Shown: one piece after another, positions 12,801 through 24,800 of the stretch
How the letters are laid out: each line of letters starts with the position of its first letter
Position numbering within the stretch: position 1 is the first letter of the stretch
Origin: Eledone cirrhosa
Taxonomy: Eukaryota
NCBI GenBank assembly: GCA_964016885.1
Contig: OZ024743.1
Location: 326,244,001 to 326,308,000 of the forward strand
Length of the DNA stretch: 64,000 bases
Reading direction: 5' to 3'
The notes under the pieces: generated by a model
Database searches by the model: none
The model's input: the letters and a program-made list of their open reading frames with translations, nothing else
Told to the model about the DNA's origin: nothing
Program-made: the position numbers and the translations under genes

Positions 12801-15800
12801 TTAAGTTATGTTCCAAACACTGACTTAATAATGAAGTTAGTTAAATAAATCCTTCCAAATTATTGATTATTTTCAGAATTACTTGAAAAATACATGCAGT
12901 ATTTTTATTAAAAACTAACAAAAGAGCACGTCGTTGTCGGGCACACCTTTCGCCACTGTAAATAAAGACCCCCTCCCCTCAATATGGCTGTCTTTAAATA
13001 GCCCCAGAACTCTGCTATTTTAGGGGAGAGCAAAATTTAAACTATATGTTGACATGCTCCAAGAGCTAAATAGCCTATGTATCAAATTTGAACAAAATCG
13101 GATAGAAACTGGAAATGCATCGCCTGGCATACAGACAGGCATTTTCATTTTTATCATCATCATCATTTCATTTCATTTTACGTCCGCTTTTTCCCTGCTT
13201 GCAAGGGTAGGACGGGAACTGATGCTGGCTTGATTTCTACAGCTGGATGCCCTTCCTAACACCAACCTCATTTACAGTGAGTGCTGGGTGCTTTTTTGCC
13301 GTGGCACCTCCACGACCACTTTGCAGTGGAATGATATGGGCCCTAGTCCCTATCATCTCATTTCTACAGCTGAGTAAACTGGAGCAATGTGAAATAAAGT
13401 GTCTTGCTCAAGGAAACAACACATCACCCGGTCTGAGAATTGAACTCACAACCTTTTGATTGTAAGGCCAATGCTCTAACCACTAAGCCATGTGCCTCCA
13501 TTTATATATATAGATATTGTAATGAAATTTAAAGATATTTTACTCAACGCCTACGACAGTAAAGAAGAACAGATAGAGACATTCAATGTAGAAGAGAACT
13601 GGGAGTTCCTAAAAAATAACTTACTAGAGGCGACGGATGAGGTCTGTGGCTGGAGTAAGACCTCAAGCAGGAGGAGAGTGACTTGGTGGTGGAACAATAA
13701 GGTAGATGAGGCAGTTAAGGCCAAGAGACAGGCATGGAAAGAATGGAAGAACGGGGGGAGCAGGGTACATTACATAGAGACCAAGAGGGAAGCTAGGCGA
13801 CAAGTATACTTAGCTACGAGGGAAGCAGAGGATAGAAAATTCAAGCATGTTTTGCAACGTGAGGACCAGAAACAGGAGGTGTTCAAGATTGCGAGGCAGT
13901 GTGTCAGAGAGAATTGTGATGTCATTGGAGAGAAGTGTATCCGGAATGATAAAGGTGAGCTTGCCCTCACAAGTGCTGAGAAGAAAGATGCATGGAAGAA
14001 TCATTATGATAGATTACTAAATGAGGAGAATGCATGGGAAGAAGAGACCCTACCCCAAGTAGACCCTATAGAGGGGCCAGCAGTACAAGTCAGCAGCAAC
14101 GTAGTAAGTAAGGCAATCAAAGATATGAAGATGGGGAAGGCAACCGGTCCATCGGGTATAGCTGCCGAGATGCTGAAGGCATCTGGGTCTGTAGGTCACA
14201 CTATAACCACACGTATCGTTAACCAGGTAATACTAGAAGGGGCCATACCAAAAGATTGGTGCAGTAGCATCATTGTCAACTGCTACAAAGGTAAAGGCGA
14301 TGCACTAGATAGAAGTAACTATAGAGGTATAAAGCTGATGGACCAGGTCATGAAAGTAACAGAAAGAGTTATAGCACAGCTGATTAGGGACCGGGTGAAA
14401 ATAGACGAGATGCAATTTGGGTTTGTACCAGGAAGAGGCACCACTGATGCCCTCTTCCTTGTGAGGCAGTTACAGGAAAAGTACCTAGCTAAAAGTAATC
14501 CACTCTACCTGGCATTTGTCGACCTTGAGAAAGCCTTTGACAGAGTTCCACGTGCTGTAATCTGGTGGGCTCTTAGAAAACTAGGAGTAGATGAATGGCT
14601 TGTGAAACCGGTACAAGCCATGTATAGGGGAGCAGAGCAGTCAGTAAAGTTAGGATTAGCAATGAGTATAGCGAGGAATTTAGCGTACAGGTTGGGGTCT
14701 ACCAGGGCTCTGTTCTTAGCCCCCTCCTGTTCATCATAGTCCTGCAGGCAATAACGGAGGAGTTTAAGACCGGATGCCCATGGGAACTCCTGTATGCTGA
14801 TGACCTCGCACTTATAGCTGAATCTATGGTAGAACTAGAGAAGAAATTCCAAACTTGGAAGCAGGGACTAGAAAGAAAGGGTCTCAAAGTCAACATGACA
14901 AAGACTAAGGTCCTTGTAAGTAGACGAGAAAACAGAACCCAGATCCCCTCAGGGAAATGGCCTTGCTCAGTATGTAGTAAAGGTGTAGGTAGCAACTCCA
15001 TTCTCTGCCCCAAATGCAAACAATGGGTACACAAGAGATGTAGCGGGATCTCAGGAAGCTTAATTAAGAATGTAGGATTCACATGCAGCAGCTGTGCTGA
15101 AACAGCAAGCAGCAAACAGCCACAGGAAACAAGTACCACCAATCTCTGGGAGGGCTCTGTAGAAACAGTAGACAGCTTCTGCTACCTAGGTGACCGAATT
15201 AGCAGCGGAGGTGGGTGTTCAGAAAGTATAATAACTAGGGTAAGAACGGGATGGAAGAAGTTTAGGGAACTACTACCACTGCTAGCTGCAAAAGGCTTCT
15301 CCCTCAAAATGAAAGGCAGACTGTATGATGCGTGTATCTGAACAGCGATGTTGCATGGTAGTGAGACCTGGGCGCTGAAGGTGGAAGACTTACGTAGATT
15401 AGAGAGAAACGAAGCCTGCATGCTCTGATGGATGTGTAATAGTAATATACGGAACGACAAAGCATAAATGAATTGAGAGAGAGACTGAGCATAAGAGGAA
15501 TCAAATGCTGTGTGCAGGAGAGGTGGTTGCGTTGTATGGACATGTGATGCGTATGAAGGATGACAGCTGCATAAAAAGGTACAGAGCACTAGAAGTCGAT
15601 GGAAACCGCGGAGTGGGGAGACCCAAGAGGACCTGGGATGAGGTGATAAAAGCTGACCTTACCCAATTACACCTCTCAAAGGCGATGACACACGACCGTG
15701 ACCTCTGGTGTCACGCAGTAATACAGAGTACCCGACCTCCCATGGGTACAAGCTGAAGGACATAGACAATATGCCCCCACTGCAAGGTGGTCGTGGAGGT

Positions 15801-18800
15801 GCCATGGCAAAAAAGCACCCAGCCCACACTGTAAAGTGGACGTGTAGGTGCCACGAAAAAGCACCCAGCACTCACTGTAAATGAGGTTGGTGTTAGGAAG
15901 GGCATCCAGCTGTAGAAATCAAGCCAAGTCAGTTCCTGTATGAGCAAGGCATGGTCAGCCGACCAGATACTGCCCACAACAAGACAACCCGTCTAACCCA
16001 TGCTAGCGTGGAAGAACGGACGTAAAATGGTGATGATGAAAGGGTTAAAATGTTTATATTTATCTAAAAACTCTTCCATCATAATTTTATGTAAGAACTT
16101 TTGTTATGTTCCAAACATTGACTTAATGAGGAAGTTAACTATATCCCTCTAAGTCTTTGAATATTTTCAAAATTACTTGAAAAGCATATGCAGTGTTTTT
16201 ATTAGAAATATGAACAAAAAGGTTAAAGTGTTTATGTTTATCTAAAAAGCTTCCATCATAATTTCATGTAAGAACCTTTATGTTCCAAACACTGGATTAA
16301 TAATTTGAGAGTTAGTTACTAAATTCTTAATTATTTTCTAAATTACTTGAAAAACACATGCACTTTTTAAAAATTAGAAATATGGTAATGAAAGGGTTTA
16401 TGTTTTATCTGTATTTGTTTGTTATTTTTTTGTTGTTCAGACGTTCAACAAGAATAAGTGAAGCTGAACAGCGAGAGATGGCTGAGAAAATTCGCCAGGA
16501 GAATCGTCAAAAAGAAAGGGAAGCCCAGGAAGCCATGAAGAAGCAATCAGAGGCAGTTTCACATGTAGAACAGCAACAATCAGAAATCTCTGAAGCTTTG
16601 GATGATGTAGAAGCTAGTAGTTGTGTTGTTACCAACACAGACACTATGCTGGAGTTAGTAGAACCTCTTATTGCCTCGACTCCAGTTAAGAGTAATCAGC
16701 TAAATATTTCCATAGATACAACACCAACATCAACAACACCAACATCAACAACAACAACAACATCATCAACATCATCATCAACTGCTGTTATTATTACTAC
16801 TACTACTACTACTACTTCTACATCAACCACCACTGACTCTACTACAGCTGCTACTAAGGGGCGAAGCAGAACTTCAAGAATCAAAGCCAAAATCTCAAAT
16901 AAGGCCACACCAGTTGGTGTTGGTCGAGGATCTATTGCTAAAGGTGGTTCAGCTAAAGGGAAAACAGCAGCTGTCGGAAGGGTATGTGTTCGCTACCTGT
17001 TTTCTATTTTCCTTCTTTCTTCACCCTTTTGATATTGATCCTCCCCCAAACCATTTCTGATTCTCTGAAATAGAAGCACTCATTTTAATGGGTTCTGATT
17101 TAAATTGAACTCTTTCAGTGTAACTTGTCATAAAAACTTATTGTTAAATTATGTTACAAATATTAAGCGGTATGTTATTTGAAGGCTAAAACAACACAAA
17201 ATGGACAGTAGATTTTTGGAATAAATCGAAGGCAACTAAGATGTTGGCGTGTCACCTGTTATTTTATTTACCTGTTACAAATATTATTGTAATAGTTGTA
17301 TCTACATTTGGCACAAGGCCAGAAATTTGAAGGAGAAAGTCCATTAAATCATCCCAGTGTGTTACTGTTACTTTATTTTTATAGGGCCCATAAAGAAGAA
17401 AGGCAAAGCTAATCTCGGCTGGATTTGAATTCAGAGCATAAAGGGCTGCAACTATATGCCACAAAGTATATTGTCTGATGCTCTACTGATACTGCCAATC
17501 CACTGCCCTCTCTTATCGTAATAATGAGATCGATATCAACCTGCCCATAATCGCCTATGGTTCTATGAAACAGAACCACTCATTTTAAAGTTGTTCCTTT
17601 TTAAATAAAACTCTCTTAACATAGTTTGATATTAGAGCTTTTTGTTAAATTATGTTACAAATACTATCGCAATAATGAAATAATTAATAATTTTAGTAAA
17701 TCCCTTCAAATTCTTAATTAATTAATTGAAATACAGTATGTTTCATGAGAAATACAGAAATGTAAGGTTTACAATTTCATTTTCCTGTACTAGCAGTGGT
17801 GGGATGGTGTTTGCAGATTAGGATGTTTGTCCCTTTTGAAGCTCATTCTTTTAGAAATGATTTTTAAAAAAAGATAAAGGGCCCTTAATTTCTGATGGAG
17901 TTTTAGGAGAGCTGTCTTGACCCATGGCATATCTTGAACATTTTAATCTTGGTAGGGCCCATCCCCCTCAATGTCAGAACACCAATTTCTTCCAGAGAAA
18001 TAGAGAGAGAGAGAATTTGTTGTAGTACTCAACACTCTCCTGATATATATATATGTGGCCTAGAATCGAAAGGCCTTAAAATTAACTTGTCTAAGACTAA
18101 AGTTCTAGTATGTAGGAAGGAAAATAGGGCACTGGTCCCCTCTGGGAAATGGCCATGCTCAGTGTGTAGGAAAAGAGTAGGCAGAAACTCCATCTTATGT
18201 CCCAAATGCAAAGTATGGGTGCATAAAAGATGTAGTGGGATCACAGGTAAACTAAGAACAAAGATTTTATATGTGTCCGGTGCTCAGGTGCAATAAGTAG
18301 TAGCAAGTGCCCACAGGATACTAGCTCCTTCCATTGCACAGATGGTTCTATAGAAATAGTGGGCACCTTCCGTTACCTGGGTGACAAAATTAGCAGTGGT
18401 GGAGGGTGCTCTGAAAGTACAGTAGTTAGTTAGAACGGGATGGAAAAAGTTTAGAGAGCTTATACCACTATTGGCCGCTAAAGGTTTCTCCCTAAAAATG
18501 AAAGGCAGACTGTATGATACCTGCATACGAACAGCAATGTTACATGGCAGTGAGACATGGGCATTGTGTGCAGAGGATCTGCGTAGACTGGAGAGGAACG
18601 AAGCTTGCATGCTCCGTTGGATGTGTAATAGTAATATACGTGAACAGCAAAGCATAAATGAACTAAGTGAGAAATTAGGAATAAAAGGGATCAGATGCTG
18701 TTTACTCGAGAGAAGACTACGTTGGTATGGTCACGTGATGTGCATGAAAGATGACAGCTGTATAAAAAAGTGCAGAGCTATCAAAATAGATGGAAGCTAT

Positions 18801-21800
18801 GGAGTAGGCAGACCCAGAAAAACCTGGGATGATTTGATAAATTCCGACCTTACACACTTACACCTCTCCAAGACAATGTCATTGAACCGTGATCTTTGGC
18901 GCTACGCGGTAATACAGAAGACCCGCCTTGCCTAAGTACAAAGCGAAACCTACAGTCAGTAGGCACCTCCTAACCAAAAAAACACCCCATCCCACTACCC
19001 CTACCCCCACTCCCATCTACACCACCCCTTTCTCTGTAAAGTTATGTTGGTACCACAACATCCAGTCCTAAATAAATGAGGTCGTGTAGGTGCCACGACA
19101 AAAAAACACACAGTCCACGCTGTAATATGGCTGTGTAGGTAACACGGTAAAAACCTCCCACTCCACACTGTAAATGTGGTTGGTGTTAGGAAGGGCATCC
19201 AACTGTAGAAAAGCAGCCAGACAGTCCTATACGAGCAGGACAATTCCCGTCTAAAACCATGCTAGCGTGGAAAATAGACATTAAACGATGATGATGATGA
19301 TATATATTCTCATTAATTGGCAGTCTAGAAATCCAGAGAGAAATATTGTTAACCACTTCGTTGGTAATAGAAGGCTTATTTGAAATTCTGGAAAACATAT
19401 TGGAGATTTATATTGACATGTAGAATGATCCTTAGAAATTTCCAGGAAATTGAACTGGTATCTTTAAGTATTGACCTACAAAGATAAAAGGAAAAGTTGA
19501 CCATGGTAGGATTTGAACTCAGAGTAATGTGAGCTTGAACAAATACTGATCCATTTTTAATTTGGCACTCTAATGACTCTTTCAATTTGTTGCATTAAAT
19601 ACATCATCATCATCATCACCGTTTTACGTCCGTTCTTCCATGCTAGCATGGGTTAGACGAGTTGTCCTTTTGTGGGCAGTGTCTGGTCGGCTGACCATGC
19701 CTTGCTCATACAGGAACTGATTTTGGCTTGGTTTCTACAGCTGGATGCCCTTCCTAACACCAACCTTATTTACAATGAGTGCTGGGTGCTTTTTTCCGTG
19801 GTGCCTACACGTCCACTTTACAGTGTGGACTGGGTGCTTTTTTGCCGTGGCACCTCCATGACCACTTTGCAGTGGGAGGGTGTGGAGGCATATTGTCTAT
19901 ATGCTTCAGCTTGTACCCATGGGAGGTCGGGTACTCTGTATTACTGCGTGACGCCAGAGGTCACGGTCGTGTGTCATCGCCTTTGAGAGGTGCAACTGGG
20001 TAAGGTCGGCCCCTATCACCTCATCCCAGGTCTTCTTGGGTCTCCCCACTCCGCGGCTTCCATTGACTTCTAGTGCTCTGCACCTTTTTATGCAGCTGTC
20101 ATCCTTCATACGCATCACATGTCCATACCAATGCATCCGCCTCTCCTGCACACAGCATTTGATTCCTCTTATGCTCAGTCTCTCTCTCAATTCATTTATG
20201 CTGTGTCGTTCGCGTATATTACTATTACACATCCATCGGAGCATGCAGGCTTCGTTTCTTTCTAATCTACGTAAGTCTTCCATCTTCAGCGCCCAGGTCT
20301 CAGTACCATGTAACATTGCTGTTTGGATACACGCATCATACAGTCTGCCTTTCATTTTGAGGGAGAAGCCTTTTGCAGCTAGCAGTGGCAGTAGTTCCCT
20401 GAACTTCTTCCATCCCGTTCTTACTCTAGTTATTGTACTTTCTGAACACCCACCTCCGCTGCTAATTCGGTCACCTAGGTAGCAGAAGCTGTCTACTGTT
20501 TCTACAGAGCCCTCCCAGAGATTGGTGGTACTTGTTTCCTGTGGCTGTTTGCTGCTTGCTGTCCCAGCACAGCTGCTACATGTGAAGCCTACATTCTTAA
20601 TTAAGCTTCCTGAGATCCCGCTACATCTCTTGTGTACCCATTGTTTGCATTTGGGGCAGAGAATGGAGTTGCTACCTACACATTTCCTACATACTGAGCA
20701 AGGCCATTTCCCTGAGGGGATCTGGGTTCTGTTTTCTCGTCTACTTAGTCTTTGTCATGTTGACTTTGAGACCCTTTCTTTCTAGTCCCTGCTTCCAAGT
20801 TTGGAATTTCTTCTCTAGTTCTACCATAGATTCAGCTATAAGTGCGAGGTCATCTGCATACAGGAGTTCCCATGGGCATCCAGTCTTAAACTCCTCCGTT
20901 ATTGCCTGCAGGACTATGATGAACAGGAGAGGGCTAAGAACAGAGCCCTGGTGGACACCAACCTGTACGCTAAATTCCTCATTGCTTATCCTAACTTTGC
21001 TGACTGCTCCCCTATACATGGCTTGTACAGCTTTCACAAGCCATTCATCTACTCCTAGTTTTCTAAGAGCCCACTAGATTATAGCACGTGGAACTCTGTC
21101 AAAGGCTTTCTTGAGATCGACGAATGCCAGGTAGAGTGGCTTACTTTTAGCTAGGTACTTTTCTTGTAACTGCCTCACAAGGAAGAGGGCATCAGTGGTG
21201 CCTCTTCCTGGTACAAACCCAAATTGCATCTCATCTAGTTTCACCCGGTCCCTAATCAACTCTGCTATAACTCTTTCTGTTACTTTCATGACCTGGTCCA
21301 TCAGCTTTATACCTCTATAGTTTCCTCTATCTAGTGCATCACCTTTACCTTTGTAGCAGTTGACAGTGATGCTACTGCACCAATCTTTTGGTATGACACC
21401 TTCTAGTATTACCTGGTTAACAATACATAACAATATTCAAACCTGTTTGAACACATTAACTGGTCCCTATTGTATGTTAGTATCTAGGGAGAAATGTTTC
21501 AGATGTTAAATAATTTTTGTTTCCATTATTGAAATCCATGATTTTTTGTTAAATATTTGTTTAATTGTTTGTATTCAATATTTTTAGGGGTGTGCACGTG
21601 GAAAGTCTAGTGGGGGCAGTACCCCACGTAAGAAAAAAGGAGATTCTGCCACAGTTGACAAAGAAAGTAATGAAGAAATTTCAGATGAGTCAACAACAGA
21701 TTCTGAAGAAGACTTACCTCTTGCTTCTCAAGTAGAAAGCACTTTGAACTCTGAACAAGCTAACAAATCTGTGGGTGAAATAAGTCGTCCTGTGCGCAAG

Positions 21801-24800
21801 CGGAAGAAAAAAGTTATCAGAGACATTCCACTCCAAAAAGAAATCTCAAAGAAGTCTGGTAAAATTATTGTGAAAGGCAAGAATATTACTGGTAAAAGTA
21901 ATCTGAAAAGCAAGAAAAATTCTAGTAAAAAAGCAGTTTCTACATCAACAAATCAAAGTGTTAATAGTACAGAAAGTGGTGAGATTGGTAATGACTTGAG
22001 TCTTAATCTCTCTGGTATTGTTTCAGCTTCAGCTGACATGCTATCAGTTTCTGATCAAGTCAGTGATGATAGTTTGTTGCTTTCACAGAAAAACTCGTCA
22101 CAACCAGCAAATAGTACTTTGTTGAATTTATTACGGCCTCCTGACAAAGCTGGGGAATTGACTGCTTCTGATGTAGCTGATAGCTCTTCCCCGGCAAAAC
22201 TTCACAAAGACATGTCTCTCATTTCAAAAGAGGGAGTTGAACATAATGACAACATTGTCGATGAGTTAACTAATGAGCCAGCTACAAGTGAAGAGTCTTC
22301 TGTACCCAAGACCCAGCGTGGTGGTCGGCGTGTCGCTGTCACTCCAACTAAATCAGTGAAAAAGAAAGAAGTACAGAAAGCTAATGACAGTGAGGTTAGT
22401 TTGCAAGGCCTTTCAGTTTCTCAGCAAACTGAAACAGAAGAGGAAGATGATAAGAAAGATGACAGTGAGATGGCAACAGAAAATATTGCCAACAGCAATG
22501 ATGATAATGTTAGTGGTAAAGAGCCAGCTGAGGAGATTGATAAAGGCATTCCAATGATGAAAAGTGGACGGCCTAAGAGACAAGCAAGAATCCGTAAAGA
22601 AGAACGAGAGAAAGCGGAAAAGGCTAGTGAACTAGAAGAGAGAGAGAAGAAAAAAATGAAGCGGAAGAGAAAACTACCTACTAAAGATGTCAACAGCAGT
22701 GTGGAAGTAGATAAAACAACTGAAAACGAAGAAGATGATGATGAGGAAGATGATGAAGAAGTGCCTCTATTTTTGTTGAAAAAACAGCAGAACTCTGCTG
22801 ATGGCAAGGTAAGCTTTACATAAGAGATTCTATCATTTTCAAAATTTTAAAACAGGTTAGTCTCATATGTTTATATTGAGCAAAATACTCCATTTGCTTT
22901 TACTAAATTTCAGAACCTTTTTTCTATCGATTTTTAGATTAAGTGGTTGGTGTTAGGAAAGGCTTTCAACCATAGCAACCAAGCAAACGTGTTGAGAGGA
23001 ACTCTCAGTCATGACATGGCAACCTCTCTAGTGCTGGTGCCATGAAAAATGCACCCAGTACACTCTGTAAGGTGATTCAATGGAAGCTCAATTGATAGGA
23101 AGGGCATCTAGCTGTGGAAGCCATGTTGAACAAAGGGTTGAAAGAACACTTCAGTTGTATTAAGGACACAACAACCTTTACAATGTTGTTGACATTATAA
23201 AATGCACTCAGCACACTCTGTAAAGCGGTTGGTAATAAGAAGGGTATCCAGCCATAGAAAACTTGCCAAATAAAAGTTTGTGAGAACTATTTAGTTGTGT
23301 CAGAGACATGACAACCTCGCTAGAACTGGTGCAACGACAATGCACTCGGAGCACTCTGTAAAGAGAGAAAGAGTGCAGGTATGTATGTAATCGAGCTGTA
23401 CCCCTTGGCCTATCAGAGAGGTCAGTAGCTATGATTAAGTAATGACTTGGTTTGTGAGGACCCGTCCAACTCTTGCTAGCATAGAGAATGTATGTTAAAT
23501 GATGATGGTAATAATTATTTTTATTAAGGATGTTGCTTTGCTGATGATATCAAGAGGTTAGTGTAAATAATGAAAAGTCATATTATGCGAAATACTTTGG
23601 TGCCTCATGCTTCTAAATTTAATCCCTTTTGGGATTAGGTTTGCTTTTCATCCATCTAGGGGCAATACAATAAGTACCAGTAATACACTCATATATTGGT
23701 TATATTCTTTCATCATTACAAAATTATTTACTCCTAAAACCAAATATTAAGATTATATTTGTGAATAAGTAAAGTGGGCTTATGGTAACAAATGTATTGT
23801 GTTATATTTCTGGGCAAGATATCTTCTTCTTTGCTCACTTATTCCTAGGAGGGTCATGGAGGCAGAGTCCTCAAGCACGCCTTTCAGCTGCTCCTGTCAG
23901 AAGCAACTGTCTCCAATTGATCCGGCTTGTTCCCCAAGTAAGAGCACCCAAGCTCATGGACGTTATCCAACCATCTTGCTCGGGGACCACTGCCAGTTAG
24001 TTTGACCCATAAAATCTCTCCAGTGATTCTTTCCTTAGAAATTCTGGCCACATGTTCATAGCATCGGAGATGTGATCTCTCAATTCGGAGAATTAGCAGC
24101 TCCATCTAGAGCAACTCTCTGATCTCTGAGATACGCACTCTATTGAGTAACATTGCTCCAAAGACCCTTCGGAGGAACCTCATTTGGCCGCTTGTATTCG
24201 TGATCATATACTTTTGCTCAAGACCATAGGTAAGAGTTGGCACAAATACCAAAATGAAGATAGCGAGTTTGGCCTTTATACCTACCTCCCTTTTTCTGAT
24301 TACCGAATACTGAAGTTGGCTCATAACTGCACCAGTTCCTGCAATTCTTCCTTTCTTTTTGCAGGAGCTAGTTTTACATAATTAAAAAATTATAGTAATG
24401 ATTTTTAATTATTCAAGAAATTGTTTCTACTTTCAACCAGACTTCTTGTGTTTGATGTGCTTTGTAAATCCTGTAGCCATTCTACTGAAAGTGATTTAAT
24501 AAATTGTTATTGCATTTGTTCTTGATAATATGTTTATCTCTTAAAATCTTTCTGTACAGTTTAATTTTTTTATGTGATTTTTTTTTCACTATTTCACATT
24601 ATATATTTTTTCAGGCTGCCAGTTCGGAAGTGCCTGTAACACCTACCAAAAAAGTGACAAAAAAAGGAAAGGTAGTGTTTTATAATTCCTATATATTGTA
24701 TTTCTTTTGATTTAGTAATAGCTCTGCTTTACCTTTTAGATAATAATGTAGTGTTTTCTTGATAACATAAGTTGTTCAGTTTAATAATAATTTGGCTTGA

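Larger units (their letters stand above)
12697..16048. mobile_element. TTAA-flanked piggyBac-like MITE disrupted by nested Helitron, SINE and RTE insertions
   Basis: Ends ttaaccttttgatac..aaagggttaa. Related copies at about 4651-5152, 27996-28630 and 31571-31810, plus tandem internal units at 16049-16400. Confidence 0.55.

Noticed and set aside
13492-15756. Active autonomous retrotransposon
   Set aside because: All RTE copies in the window lack the endonuclease domain, and the long ones carry frameshifts or stops.
9632-16038. Copies 1 and 2 as one inverted duplication or as the long TIRs of a DNA transposon
   Set aside because: Each copy has its own TSD-like repeat and tail, interrupts a different host repeat and carries private mutations.
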